Notes: generated from the letters alone by a model not told the origin. Positions 48,136 through 60,063 are shown, counted from the stretch's first letter. The stretch: 64,000 nucleotides of DNA from an uncultured Erysipelotrichaceae bacterium (GCA_944326095.1 CALVCO010000002.1:3386-67385), one strand, 5' to 3'. Translations and numbers: made by a program.

Positions 48136-49431
48136 ATGCTAAATCGTTATTCAAGAAAAGTAATGCGTGATATATGGAGTGAAGACGCAAAATTTAATGC
48201 CTATTTAAAGGTAGAAATATTGGCTTGTGAAGCTTGGAGTAAACTTGGAGAAATTCCAAGTGAAGATGTCGAAGCTTTATGGAAAAATGCTAGTTTTAAT
48301 ATTGATAGAATATATGAAATTGAACAAGAAACTAAACATGATGTAGTTGCTTTTACTCGTGCTGTTAGTGAAACATGTGGTGATGAAAAAAAATGGGTTC
48401 ATTATGGTTTAACTAGTACTGATGTTGTAGATACAGCATATGGTTATCTATATAAACAGGCAAATGCTATACTTTTAGAAGACATCGAAAAATTTATGGA
48501 TGTTTTAAAAAGTAAAGCTTTAAAATATAAAGATACAGTAATGATGGGTAGAACTCATGGAGTACATGCAGAAATTACTACATTTGGTTTAGTATTTGCT
48601 TTATGGTATGAAGAAATGAAGCGTAATTTAGCACGTTTTAAGGATGCTTGTCAAGATGTAGAATGTGGTAAAATTTCTGGGGCAGTTGGCACATTTGCTA
48701 ATACACCACCATTTGTACAAGATTATGTTTGTGAAAAATTAGGTATTAATTCAGCAAATATTTCTACCCAAGTTTTACAACGTGATCGCCATGCACATTA
48801 CTATGCTACCTTAGCTTTAATTGGTTCTTCATTAGAGAAAATGGCTACAGAAATTCGTCATCTACAACGTACTGAAGTTCGTGAAGTTGAAGAATATTTT
48901 AACAAAGGACAAAAAGGTTCTAGTGCAATGCCACATAAAAGAAATCCTATTGGTTCTGAAAATATTTGTGGATGTTCTAGAGTTTTAAGAGGCTATATGT
49001 TAAGTGCTTATGAAAATATACCTTTATGGCATGAAAGAGATATTTCTCATTCTAGTGCGGAAAGAATTATTAGTGCTGATGCAACAGAATTATTGGATTA
49101 TATGTTAAATCGTTTTACTAAAATTATTGATACTTTAACTGTATTTGAAGATAATATGTATGAAAATATCTTTAAAACATATGGTGTTATATTCTCTCAA
49201 AGATTCATGCTTAAATTAATTGAAAAGGGTATGTCTAGAGAAATGGCATATGATACAGTACAACCAAATGCGATTAAGTCATGGGAAAATAAATTGGATT
49301 TTAAAACATTGATGGAACAAGATGAAAGGGTAAAAAATACTTTAACTCAAGAAGAAATTGATGATTGTTTTGATCCAAAATATCAAGTTAGAAATGTAGA
49401 TATCATTTTTAAAAGAGTAGGTATTTTATAA
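48136..49431 (+). CDS. purB: Adenylosuccinate lyase
   Basis: 431 aa. Fumarate-lyase signature [11 protein letters not shown]. Confidence 0.95.
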   Translation: MLNRYSRKVMRDIWSEDAKFNAYLKVEILACEAWSKLGEIPSEDVEALWKNASFNIDRIYEIEQETKHDVVAFTRAVSETCGDEKKWVHYGLTSTDVVDTAYGYLYKQANAILLEDIEKFMDVLKSKALKYKDTVMMGRTHGVHAEITTFGLVFALWYEEMKRNLARFKDACQDVECGKISGAVGTFANTPPFVQDYVCEKLGINSANISTQVLQRDRHAHYYATLALIGSSLEKMATEIRHLQRTEVREVEEYFNKGQKGSSAMPHKRNPIGSENICGCSRVLRGYMLSAYENIPLWHERDISHSSAERIISADATELLDYMLNRFTKIIDTLTVFEDNMYENIFKTYGVIFSQRFMLKLIEKGMSREMAYDTVQPNAIKSWENKLDFKTLMEQDERVKNTLTQEEIDDCFDPKYQVRNVDIIFKRVGIL

Positions 49432-49440
49432 TAATCTTTG

Positions 49441-49470
49441 CCTCAAAGATTTATTCTTTGAGGTTTTATT
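49441..49470 (+). terminator. purCFB terminator
   Basis: Stem cctcaaag/ctttgagg followed by ttttatt. Confidence 0.75.
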
Positions 49471-49513
49471 ATGCACATAAAAGATAGTATTTTTTCACTA
49501 TAAAATATTGTTG

Positions 49514-49522
49514 TGTTATAAT
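49514..49522 (+). promoter_or_regulatory. Extended -10 element upstream of sufC
   Basis: TGtTATAAT, 27 nt upstream of ATG 49549. Confidence 0.4.
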
Positions 49523-49548
49523 TTATAAGGTTTGAGGTGATAGATAAG

Positions 49549-50367
49549 ATGAGTACATTAAAAATTAGTAATTTACATGTAGCAATAGATGATAAAGAAA
49601 TTCTTCGAGGAATTGATTTAGAAATTAAAGAAAATGAAATTCATGCATTGATGGGACCAAATGGTAATGGTAAGTCAACATTATTACAAACAATTATGGG
49701 ACATCCAAGATATACAGTAACTCAAGGTAGTATCTTCTTAGATGATAAAAATGTTTTAGAAATGAGTGTTGATGAAAGAAGTAAAGCTGGATTATTTTTG
49801 GCTATGCAATATCCTTTAGAAATTCCTGGAGTTACCAATTCTGATTTTTTAAGAGCGGCTTTAAATGCGCGTAGCGAAACTCCTGTTTCTTTATTTAAAT
49901 TTATTAAAGAAATGGAGAAGAATATTGCAGAATTACAAATGAAGCCTGATTTAGCTCATCGTTTTTTAAATGAAGGATTTTCTGGTGGAGAAAAGAAAAG
50001 AAATGAAATATTGCAAATGAGGATGTTAAAACCTTCATTAGCTTTATTAGATGAAATTGATAGTGGATTAGATGTAGATGCTTTAAAAGTTGTAGCTAGT
50101 GCTATAAAGTCTTTACAAGAAGAAACTAAGATGGGACTTGTAGTAGTTTCGCATTATGAAAGATTTTATGATTCTATTAAGCCTACGCATGCTCATGTTT
50201 TAATTGATGGCAAAATTGTAATGTCTGGTGAACAAGAATTAGTTGCTAAAATTGATAGTGAAGGATACGATTGGTTATATAAACAATTAGATATTAAACC
50301 TATTAAAGAAGAAAATACTAGACCAGTTATTAGTTTAGGTACTTGTGGAGCAAAAAGAGGTAAATAG
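49549..50367 (+). CDS. sufC: Fe-S cluster assembly ATPase SufC
   Basis: Start at ATG 49549 after SD gaggtga. Motifs GPNGNGKST, FSGGEKKR and LALLDEIDSGLD. Confidence 0.92.
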   Translation: MSTLKISNLHVAIDDKEILRGIDLEIKENEIHALMGPNGNGKSTLLQTIMGHPRYTVTQGSIFLDDKNVLEMSVDERSKAGLFLAMQYPLEIPGVTNSDFLRAALNARSETPVSLFKFIKEMEKNIAELQMKPDLAHRFLNEGFSGGEKKRNEILQMRMLKPSLALLDEIDSGLDVDALKVVASAIKSLQEETKMGLVVVSHYERFYDSIKPTHAHVLIDGKIVMSGEQELVAKIDSEGYDWLYKQLDIKPIKEENTRPVISLGTCGAKRGK

Positions 50368-50368
50368 G

Positions 50369-51172
50369 ATGTTCAAGTTACAAAATGAGTGTGAAAATAT
50401 CGTTGTTAATGAAGAATATCTAGAATTAGAAGTTGATGTTGATAATCGACTTGATTTAAATGTTGCGAATAAAAAAAGTTGTTGTGTATTTATAAAAATT
50501 AAAAGAGCTAAATCAATTAATGTTAGTGTTGAAGTAAAAGAAAATACTCATTGTACTTATCTAATTTATAATGATAATAAAACTTTAATTAATACCAATG
50601 AATTATTTAAAGTTAAGACAAATGCGACTTTAGATTTTGTTATTTGTGATATAAATAAGCAAGCTTGTAATAGAAATATTAAAGTTGACTTAATTGCACC
50701 ATATGCAAGATGTAACTTTAAGAGTGCAGTATTATGTAATGGGGAAAATAATTATAATATTTCTATTAATTCTTGTCGTGCAAATACGGCAGGTTATATG
50801 GAAAATTATGGTGTAGTATTAGAAAATGGAAAATATTATATGGATGCAACAGGTAAAATAGATAAGGGAGCTCATGGTTCTATATCTCATCAAGCATCAC
50901 ATGCTTTATGTTTTGAGAGTAAACAACAAGCTACAATTCGTCCCCAATTATTAATAGATGATAACGATGTTGAAGCTAGCCATGCTACAACTGTTGGAAG
51001 CATTGATGATAATCAATTATTTTATATGCAATCAAGAGGGTTAAGTGTTAAAGCAGCAGCAGCTTTATTGACCATGGGATATTTATCATTTATTACAAAT
51101 GTTATTCCAAATGAAAAACTACAAGCATATTTATCTCAAGAAATTGAAAGTAAGGTAAATGATATATGTTAG
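50369..51172 (+). CDS. sufD: Fe-S cluster assembly protein SufD (short form)
   Basis: 267 aa from ATG 50369. C-terminal block EASHATTVGSIDDNQLFYMQSRGLS is paralogous to Suf[24 protein letters not shown]. Lies between sufC and sufS. Confidence 0.75.
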   Translation: MFKLQNECENIVVNEEYLELEVDVDNRLDLNVANKKSCCVFIKIKRAKSINVSVEVKENTHCTYLIYNDNKTLINTNELFKVKTNATLDFVICDINKQACNRNIKVDLIAPYARCNFKSAVLCNGENNYNISINSCRANTAGYMENYGVVLENGKYYMDATGKIDKGAHGSISHQASHALCFESKQQATIRPQLLIDDNDVEASHATTVGSIDDNQLFYMQSRGLSVKAAAALLTMGYLSFITNVIPNEKLQAYLSQEIESKVNDIC

Positions 51173-52395
51173 ATGTTGACAAAATAAAAAATGATTTTCC
51201 AATGTTTAAAAATCATCCAGAATTAGTATATCTTGATAATGGAGCTACAACATTTAAACCTAGTTGTGTTATTGAAATGATTAAAAAGTATTATGAATCA
51301 TCTAGTGTTAATGTTGAAAGAGGAGATTATTTATTGAGCCATGAAGTTTCTAGTGCATATGAAAAGGCTAGAAATACGGTTGCTAAATTTATTAATGCTA
51401 GAAAAGATGAAGAGATTGTTTTTACTTCTGGAGCGACTGATAGCTTGAATATGGTTGCATACGGCTTAATTGATAAACTTAATAAAGATGATGTAATCTT
51501 ACTTACTTATGCTGAACATGCAAGTAATATTTTATGTTGGTTTGATGTTGCGAAAAGAAAAGGTTGTAAGATTGATTATATTGATTTAGAGCCAAATGGT
51601 AGAATGCGTTTAGATACTTTAATTGATAAACTTAATTTTTATGGTAATAAAACTAAAGTAGTTAGTATAGCGCATATTTCTAATGTTTTAGGTTATAAAC
51701 AAGATATTAAGGAAATAGCTAAAATAGTTCATCAATATGGAGCTTTATTAGTAGTTGATGGTGCCCAAAGTGTTCCACATATTAAAACAGATGTTCAGAT
51801 GTTAGATATTGATTTTTTAGCATTTAGTGGACATAAAATGTGCGGACCTACAGGTATTGGTATATTATATGGTAAATATGATTTGTTAGATCAATTGCAT
51901 CCTATGCGTTATGGTGGAGGAGCTAATTCTCGTTTTGATATCAATGGGAATATTATTTTACAAATAACTCCACATAAATTTGAGGCTGGAACACCTAATA
52001 TTGCAGGTGCATTAGGATTGGCTGCGGCAATTGATTATTTAAATGATATTGGTATGGATAATATTGAAGCTTATGAACAAGAACTAAAAGCTTATATGAT
52101 TGAAAAATTATCTAAACTAGAAAATATTCATATATATAATGCTGATACTACTAGTGGAATAGTTGCATTTAATGCTATAGATGTTTTTGCTCAAGATGCT
52201 GGTAGCTATTTAAGTACTAAAAATATTTGTGTTAGAAGTGGTAATCATTGTGCTAAAATTTTACATAATTTAATTAAGACAGATCAGACTTGTAGAGCTA
52301 GCTTATATTTTTATAATACTAAAGCTGATATTGATAAATTTGTAGCTGAATGTGCAAATCTTAATATCGAAAATTGTATTAATATATTCTTTTAG
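51166..52395 (+). CDS. sufS: Cysteine desulfurase SufS
   Basis: 409 aa. Blocks YLDNGATTFKP, FSGHKMCGPTGIG and RSGNHCA. Confidence 0.9.
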   Translation: MLDVDKIKNDFPMFKNHPELVYLDNGATTFKPSCVIEMIKKYYESSSVNVERGDYLLSHEVSSAYEKARNTVAKFINARKDEEIVFTSGATDSLNMVAYGLIDKLNKDDVILLTYAEHASNILCWFDVAKRKGCKIDYIDLEPNGRMRLDTLIDKLNFYGNKTKVVSIAHISNVLGYKQDIKEIAKIVHQYGALLVVDGAQSVPHIKTDVQMLDIDFLAFSGHKMCGPTGIGILYGKYDLLDQLHPMRYGGGANSRFDINGNIILQITPHKFEAGTPNIAGALGLAAAIDYLNDIGMDNIEAYEQELKAYMIEKLSKLENIHIYNADTTSGIVAFNAIDVFAQDAGSYLSTKNICVRSGNHCAKILHNLIKTDQTCRASLYFYNTKADIDKFVAECANLNIENCINIFF

Positions 52396-52410
52396 GAAGA
52401 AGGGTTAATT

Positions 52411-52845
52411 ATGACTAATATGTTAAAAGATCCAGCAGTATTAAGAGAATTAATTATGGATCATTATAAATATCCACGTAATCATGAATTAGTAGAAGAT
52501 GATAGTTATGACTCAAGACATATGGCAAGTGATAGTTGTATTGATGATATAACTGTGCAAAGTAAGATAGAAGATGGTATCATCAAAGATATACGTTTTG
52601 ATGGAGTTGCATGTACTATATGTACAGCTAGTACTTCAATAATGACTGAATTATTAAAGGGTAAGTCTATTGATGAAGCAAATGTCATAATTGAAAATTA
52701 TTTTAATATGATGAATGAAAAAACTTATGATGAGGATATCCTTGAAGAAGCTATTGCAATGATGAATGTTCATCGACAAGCAAATCGTATTAAGTGTGCC
52801 ACTATTGGTTGGAAAGCAATTAAAGAAATGATAGATAGGAAATAA
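52411..52845 (+). CDS. sufU: Sulfur acceptor/scaffold SufU
   Basis: 144 aa. Blocks LIMDHYKYPRN, CIDD, GVACTICTAS and RIKCAT. Confidence 0.85.
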   Translation: MTNMLKDPAVLRELIMDHYKYPRNHELVEDDSYDSRHMASDSCIDDITVQSKIEDGIIKDIRFDGVACTICTASTSIMTELLKGKSIDEANVIIENYFNMMNEKTYDEDILEEAIAMMNVHRQANRIKCATIGWKAIKEMIDRK

Positions 52846-52848
52846 GTT

Positions 52849-54246
52849 ATGGATGATAAAGCATTTTTAAATGAAGATTATAAATATGGCTTTAAGGATG
52901 AAGATATAAGTGTCTTTAAGACGCAAAAAGGTTTAAATGAAGATATTATTAGAGAAATATCTAATATTAAACAAGAGCCTCAATGGATGCTTGAATTTCG
53001 CTTAAAAGCCTATGAAATGTTTAGAAAATTAAATAATCCTAAATGGGGTCCAAATTTAAATTCAATTGATTTTGATGATTTTACTTATTATATTAGACCA
53101 AGTGAAAAAACTGAATCAAGTTGGGAAGATGTTCCAGATACAATTAAGAATACTTTTGATAAATTGGGTATACCAGAAGCTGAAAAGAAATTTTTAGCAG
53201 GAGTTTCTACTCAATATGAGTCTGAAGTGGTTTATCATAATATGTTAAAAGAAGTTCAAGAAAAAGGAGTTATATTTTTAGATACTGATAGTGGTCTTAA
53301 ACAATATCCTGAATTATTTAAAGAATATTTTTCTAAAGTAGTTAGTTATGCTGATAATAAATATGCAGCATTAAATAGTGCTGTATGGTCTGGTGGTTCA
53401 TTTATTTATGTGCCCAAAGGAGTTAAATTAGATAAGCCTTTACAATCATATTTTAGAATTAATTCTGAAAGAATGGGGCAATTTGAAAGAACATTAATTA
53501 TTGTTGATGAGGGGGCAGATGTTCATTATGTAGAAGGTTGTACCGCTCCTCAATATTCAAAGGAATCTTTACATGCTGCTGTTGTTGAAATATATGTTAA
53601 AAAGGGTGGTAAGTGTCGCTATTCTACAGTTCAAAATTGGAGTGGAAACATTATTAACTTAGTTACTAAAAGGGCTTATGTTGAAGAATATGGCACAATG
53701 GAATGGATAGATGGTAATATCGGTTCACAATTGACTATGAAATATCCTGCATGTGTATTGGCTGGAGAATATGCTAAAGGAATGTGTATTTCTATTGCCG
53801 TAGCAAGAGAAAATCAATTGCAGGATGCTGGAGCTAAAATGATTCATTTAGCGCCTCATACTTCTAGTAATATTATTTCTAAATCCTTAAGTCGTAATGG
53901 AGGAAAAGTTAATTATCGTGGGGAAGTAAGACATGGTCCAAATGCAGCATATGCTAAAAGTAAAGTTGAATGTGATACTTTAATTTTAGATAAATATTCG
54001 ACTTCAGATACTATTCCTACAAATATTAATCAAACTAATACTAGTACAATAGAACATGAAGCAACCGTTTCAAAGATTTCTGAAGAACAACTATTCTATT
54101 TAATGTCTCGTGGTTTATCAAATCAAGAAGCAACAGAAATGATTGTTATGGGTTTCTTGGAACCATTTACCCGTGAATTACCAATGGAATATGCTGTTGA
54201 GCTAAATCAACTATTAAAATTAGATATGAGTGAATCAATTGGATAA
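52849..54246 (+). CDS. sufB: Fe-S cluster assembly protein SufB
   Basis: 465 aa with strongly conserved SufB blocks: [41 protein letters not shown]. Confidence 0.95.
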   Translation: MDDKAFLNEDYKYGFKDEDISVFKTQKGLNEDIIREISNIKQEPQWMLEFRLKAYEMFRKLNNPKWGPNLNSIDFDDFTYYIRPSEKTESSWEDVPDTIKNTFDKLGIPEAEKKFLAGVSTQYESEVVYHNMLKEVQEKGVIFLDTDSGLKQYPELFKEYFSKVVSYADNKYAALNSAVWSGGSFIYVPKGVKLDKPLQSYFRINSERMGQFERTLIIVDEGADVHYVEGCTAPQYSKESLHAAVVEIYVKKGGKCRYSTVQNWSGNIINLVTKRAYVEEYGTMEWIDGNIGSQLTMKYPACVLAGEYAKGMCISIAVARENQLQDAGAKMIHLAPHTSSNIISKSLSRNGGKVNYRGEVRHGPNAAYAKSKVECDTLILDKYSTSDTIPTNINQTNTSTIEHEATVSKISEEQLFYLMSRGLSNQEATEMIVMGFLEPFTRELPMEYAVELNQLLKLDMSESIG

Positions 54247-54270
54247 GGTTTCTTTATGAAACCTTTTTTT
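54246..54270 (+). terminator. suf operon terminator
   Basis: Stem aggtttc/gaaacct, loop tttat, then TTTTTT. Confidence 0.7.
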
Positions 54271-54282
54271 AGGAGAAATTAA

Positions 54283-55050
54283 ATGGATATAAAGAATAAA
54301 ATTGCTAATTTTAAAGATATAATGGCATCTGATAAATATGCTTTAACGCCTTATATAGTAAATGGAAATGATCCTAAACCTTTTGCACTTATTTTACCTG
54401 GAGGAGGTTATGGGATTATTATGAGTAGCGTAGAGGGAGAACCATATGCAACAAGAATTAATGAAATGGGGTACAATGCTTTTGTTTTAAGATATGGCAT
54501 AAAAAAAAGAGCTAGATATCCCATACCTTTAGAGGATGTAGCCAGAGCCTTAAGATATATTCGAACTAACGCTAAACGATTTAATGTATTAAAAGATGAA
54601 TATGCAATTTGGGGATCTAGTGCTGGTGGGCATTTAGCTGCAATGTTTGCTACTAAAACATTGGGATATGAGTATTATCAATTACCTAAACCAACATGTT
54701 TGATTTTATGTTATCCAGTAGTTAGTGCAATGGTTGCAACGCATATTCCAAGTATTGATATGATAATTGGTCTAAAATGGACGGATGATAAGAAAAAGAT
54801 GGTTAGTGTAGAATGCAATATGGATAAAGATTTTCCGCCAACATTTATTTGGAATAGCTTAGAAGATGATGTAGTTCCGCCTATTAATAGTATGCTTTTG
54901 AATCAAAAATGTGACCAATTAGGTATTATTCATGAATATCATCAATTTACTCATGGTCATCATGGAAAAGGTTTAAAAGAAAATAGTGAGTGGTTTGATT
55001 TTGCAATGAGATTTTGGAAAAGTAATATGAAAAAAGCTTCAAATGATTAA
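54283..55050 (+). CDS. Alpha/beta-fold hydrolase (esterase-like)
   Basis: 255 aa. Oxyanion-type LPGGGY, nucleophile elbow GSSAGGH and C-terminal HG.H block. Confidence 0.7.
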   Translation: MDIKNKIANFKDIMASDKYALTPYIVNGNDPKPFALILPGGGYGIIMSSVEGEPYATRINEMGYNAFVLRYGIKKRARYPIPLEDVARALRYIRTNAKRFNVLKDEYAIWGSSAGGHLAAMFATKTLGYEYYQLPKPTCLILCYPVVSAMVATHIPSIDMIIGLKWTDDKKKMVSVECNMDKDFPPTFIWNSLEDDVVPPINSMLLNQKCDQLGIIHEYHQFTHGHHGKGLKENSEWFDFAMRFWKSNMKKASND

Positions 55051-55072
55051 ATAATCATAAGAAGCTTTTTTT
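55034..55072. terminator. Bidirectional terminator between the hydrolase gene and purA
   Basis: Outer stem aagcttc/gaagctt enclosing atgatt/aatcat, with A-run and T-run flanks. Confidence 0.6.
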
Positions 55073-55073
55073 A

Positions 55074-56390
<1,317 letters not shown>

Positions 56391-56465
56391 TTAACTAATT
56401 GAATGTATATATTTTGCTTTTTTGTTATTTTTTTATTAAAATGATTAATGGAAAGAAGGTTGAAT

Positions 56466-57275
56466 ATGAGTTGTAATCATGATTGTGCAAATTGCGATCA
56501 AAAACATGAAGAAGGATGTTTTTTAATTGAACCGCATAAAGATAGTAGTATTAAAAAAATTATTGGTATTGTTAGTGGAAAAGGTGGAGTAGGAAAAAGT
56601 TTTGTAACTGCATCACTTGCTAGTATGATGCAAAAACAGGGATATAATTGCGCTGTTTTAGATGGCGATATTACCGGACCTAGCATGGGTAAAATGTTTG
56701 GTATTACTAGTAAAGCTGTAGGCGATGAAACTTGTATATATCCAGCAATTACTTCAAGTGGAATTCAAGTTATCAGTACTAACATGTTATTAGAAGAAGA
56801 TGAAATTCCAGTTATATGGCGTGGTCCAATTATAGCTAATATGGTTAAACAATTTTATACTGATGTAGTATATACTGATGTTGATTATATGTTTATTGAT
56901 ATGCCTCCTGGAACTGGTGATGTACCTTTAACAGTATTTCAATCAATACCATTAGATGGTATTATCATCGTTACTAGTCCTCAAGAATTAGTTAGTATGA
57001 TTGTTACTAAGGCATATAATATGGCTAAAGAAATGAATATTCCAGTTATGGGAATTATTGAAAATTTCAGCTATGTTGAGTGTGATCAATGTCATAATAA
57101 AATGTATATCTTTGGTGAAAGTAAAGTAGATGATGTAGCTGCAAAATTAAATGTTCCAGTTTTAGCTAAATTACCTATTAGAACAGAGGTAACTAAATTA
57201 AGTGATATGGGTAAAATTGAATTGGCTAATATCCCAGAATTAAATGAAGTTTTAGAAAAAATAAAAAAATTGTAA
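56466..57275 (+). CDS. mrp: Mrp/NBP35/ApbC-family Fe-S carrier ATPase
   Basis: Start at ATG 56466. Deviant Walker A VSGKGGVGKS and DMPPGTGD. Cys-rich N-terminus CNHDCANCDQKHEEGC and a CDQC pair near the C-terminus. Confidence 0.85.
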   Translation: MSCNHDCANCDQKHEEGCFLIEPHKDSSIKKIIGIVSGKGGVGKSFVTASLASMMQKQGYNCAVLDGDITGPSMGKMFGITSKAVGDETCIYPAITSSGIQVISTNMLLEEDEIPVIWRGPIIANMVKQFYTDVVYTDVDYMFIDMPPGTGDVPLTVFQSIPLDGIIIVTSPQELVSMIVTKAYNMAKEMNIPVMGIIENFSYVECDQCHNKMYIFGESKVDDVAAKLNVPVLAKLPIRTEVTKLSDMGKIELANIPELNEVLEKIKKL

Positions 57276-57330
57276 TTAATTCACAATAAATACACTTTGG
57301 CTATGTATAATAAAAATACAGAGGTATATT

Positions 57331-57999
57331 ATGGCAAAGATATTGATTGTAGATGATGAAGCAAAGATTAGAGAACTTATAAAAAAATATGCAACATATG
57401 AAGGCTATATTTGTGATGAAGCTCCAGATGGTGAAGATGCTATAAAGCTTTGCGAGACAAATGATTATGATCTTATTATCATGGATGTTATGATGAATAA
57501 TATCGATGGTTTTGAAGCTGTTAAAGTAATTAGAGAAAAAAAAGATATACCAGTTATTATGTTGACGGCTTTAAATGAAGAATATGATAAGATAAAAGGC
57601 TTTAATCTTGGCATTGATGATTATGTTGTTAAACCATTTTCGGTTAAAGAATTAATGATGCGCATTAATGCTATTTTAAAGCGTACACAAAAAAATAATA
57701 ATTCTAAACATTATCATTACAAAGGTCTTGATATTGATTTTTCAGCTAGAATTGTAGAGATTAATTCCCAACGTATTAAACTTTCTTTAAAAGAATATGA
57801 ACTTTTAACCTATTTAATCAATAATAAAAATATTGCATTAACAAGGGAACAGATTTTATCTGTTGTATGGGGTTATAATTTCTATGGTGATGATCGTACT
57901 TTAGATACGCATATAAAACTTTTGCGTAAAAATTTAGGTGAATATGGAAAGTGCATCGTTACCTTAAGAGGGGTAGGATATCGTTTTGAAGAAAACTAG
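57331..57999 (+). CDS. OmpR-family response regulator
   Basis: 222 aa. Receiver (ILIVDDE..IIMDVMM..KPF) and winged-helix output (RTLDTHIKLLRKNL..RGVGYRF). Confidence 0.9.
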   Translation: MAKILIVDDEAKIRELIKKYATYEGYICDEAPDGEDAIKLCETNDYDLIIMDVMMNNIDGFEAVKVIREKKDIPVIMLTALNEEYDKIKGFNLGIDDYVVKPFSVKELMMRINAILKRTQKNNNSKHYHYKGLDIDFSARIVEINSQRIKLSLKEYELLTYLINNKNIALTREQILSVVWGYNFYGDDRTLDTHIKLLRKNLGEYGKCIVTLRGVGYRFEEN

Positions 58000-59395
58000 G
58001 AAGCTACAACTTAATTTATTGTTGTATATATTATTATTTGTTGTTGGTTTATTATTATTTGTTTGGATTTTTGAAGTAACTTTTTTACAAAGATTTTATG
58101 AAGATACTAAAGTTAAAGAAATTAAAGAATTAAGCTCACAAATTATTGAAATATTAGACGATCAACAAATGGAAGTTTATTTAAATAGTTTAGCTAGACA
58201 AAATGATGCATGCATTAGAGTTATAGATCAAAATTATGATAAGTTTGCTTCTAATAGAGCTGGTTGTCAATTAAATAATTTAACATATAATGATATGTAT
58301 TATTTAATTGTAAAAGCTCAAGAAAATGGAGGATCTTATTCAACATTAATTAATGATAAATTGTTGATATATGAACCTTTTGTAGGTAATATTTTTTTAA
58401 TAGATAATGATAATATCAAGAATTTAACCTATGCGCAAATTGTTGATGATAATACTTTTATATTAATTGAATCACCAATTACCCCGATGGTAACTACAAT
58501 TAAAACAATTCAAACCCAAATTATTTATATTAGTATTTTTGTTATAATCGCTACAATAATATTAGTATATTTATTAAGTAAAAAAATTGTTAAACCTATT
58601 GAAAAAATTGATCATGCGGCTAAAGCATTAGCTAATGGTAAATATGAAAATGAAATGACTGCTAGTTATCGTGAGGCTAATGATTTAAATAAGACCTTAG
58701 CAAATGCAGCTATAGAAATCCAAAAAGCTGATAAAGCTAAACGTGATTTAATATCTAATGTTTCTCATGATTTAAGAACACCTTTAACTATGATTAGTGG
58801 TTATGGAGAGTTGATGATTGATTTTCCTGAAGAAAAAACGGATGAAAATATAAAGATTATTATTGAAGAAGCTAATCGCTTAAATACACTAGTTAATGAT
58901 CTTTTAGATCTTTCAAAATTACAAGATAGAAAAATTAAATTGATTATAAATCGATTTAATATATCAAATATGCTTAAACAAATTTTTGAAAGTTATCAAA
59001 TTCTAGCAAAAGATGCAAATATATCTTTAGAATGTGATGATGATATATTAGTTAATGGTGATCAAGAGCGATTAAAACAAGTTATTCATAATTTTATTAA
59101 TAATGCGATTAATTATTCTCAACAAAAACCAATTATTATCAAATGTAAAAAAGATGATGATATGGTTATAGTAAGTGTAATAGACCATGGTGAAGGTATT
59201 GCAAAGAAAGATATTCCATATATTTGGGATCGTTATTATAAAGTTGATAAGACCCATATTAGAAGTAGTGTAGGTAGTGGAATAGGTTTAGCTATTGCAA
59301 AGGAAATTTTAGAATTACATGGTTTTGAATATGGGGTAAAATCTAAACTTAATGAAGGTAGTACTTTTTATTTTAAATTACCAATATGCAAATAA
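57986..59395 (+). CDS. Sensor histidine kinase (2 TM, extracytoplasmic domain, HAMP)
   Basis: 469 aa, TTG start overlapping the RR gene. H-box LISNVSHDLRTPLTMISGY, N-box NNAINYS and G-boxes DHGEGI and GSGIGLAIAKE. Confidence 0.85.
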   Translation: MKKTRKLQLNLLLYILLFVVGLLLFVWIFEVTFLQRFYEDTKVKEIKELSSQIIEILDDQQMEVYLNSLARQNDACIRVIDQNYDKFASNRAGCQLNNLTYNDMYYLIVKAQENGGSYSTLINDKLLIYEPFVGNIFLIDNDNIKNLTYAQIVDDNTFILIESPITPMVTTIKTIQTQIIYISIFVIIATIILVYLLSKKIVKPIEKIDHAAKALANGKYENEMTASYREANDLNKTLANAAIEIQKADKAKRDLISNVSHDLRTPLTMISGYGELMIDFPEEKTDENIKIIIEEANRLNTLVNDLLDLSKLQDRKIKLIINRFNISNMLKQIFESYQILAKDANISLECDDDILVNGDQERLKQVIHNFINNAINYSQQKPIIIKCKKDDDMVIVSVIDHGEGIAKKDIPYIWDRYYKVDKTHIRSSVGSGIGLAIAKEILELHGFEYGVKSKLNEGSTFYFKLPICK

Positions 59396-59996
59396 TTGCA
59401 AATGATAAATAGGGCGCAAATTTGATTTTGCGCTTTTTTGTTATTATTAGGGCAATTAATGAAGCTATAAAAAGTATTAAACACATTTGATATAAATCGA
59501 ATATTAAACTATAGATAGCTAATAATTTTATATCTCCAAAGCCTATTAAATTGTTTATACTTAAAAATATACCAATAAATAAAATGAATAAACATAGTTT
59601 TAAATCGATTGAATAATGAGTAATTATTAAAATAAATAAAATTATTAATAAGCTATCATAAATTATTCCATGTCTAATATCTGATATGCTGATGGCTAAT
59701 AAAACAATTATATTTGAGGCAATAAAAAAAGTAAAATTTTGATAACATAATACAAAAGTTATACCAGATATTATTTCAAATATAGGATAACGCCATGAAA
59801 TTTTATGTTTACAATAAGCACATTTTCCTTTTAATATAATATAACTTAAAATAGGTATCAAATGATAGAATTTAAGTTCATTATGGCAATAGGGACAAAT
59901 ACTTCTTGAATGATTAAAGAAGTTAGGATAATTATCTAGAATACATAAATAAAATGAGCCAAAGCACGCTCCTAAAATAAAATTTAATATATACAT
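59373..59996 (-). CDS. Type IV prepilin peptidase (A24 family, ComC/PilD-like)
   Basis: Start at ATG 59996 after SD aagagg (the ORF-track TTG at 60002 is rejected). Zn motifs CPYC...CAYC, catalytic Asp contexts ISDIRHGIIYD and GFGDIKLL, and C-terminal KFAPYL. Confidence 0.8.
   Translation of the reverse strand: MYILNFILGACFGSFYLCILDNYPNFFNHSRSICPYCHNELKFYHLIPILSYIILKGKCAYCKHKISWRYPIFEIISGITFVLCYQNFTFFIASNIIVLLAISISDIRHGIIYDSLLIILFILIITHYSIDLKLCLFILFIGIFLSINNLIGFGDIKLLAIYSLIFDLYQMCLILFIASLIALIITKKRKIKFAPYLSFAIICILVI
59414..59439 (+). terminator. Terminator of the RR-HK operon, embedded in the 3' coding end of the convergent peptidase gene
   Basis: Stem gcgcaaa/tttgcgc, loop tttgat, then TTTTTT. 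The same bases on the minus strand encode ...KRKIKFAPY... Confidence 0.6.
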
Positions 59997-60063
59997 AATC
60001 AAACCTCTTTGTATTATGTTAATATATATACGGAAAGTGTTATTTTTCCTGAAAGGATTTAAT

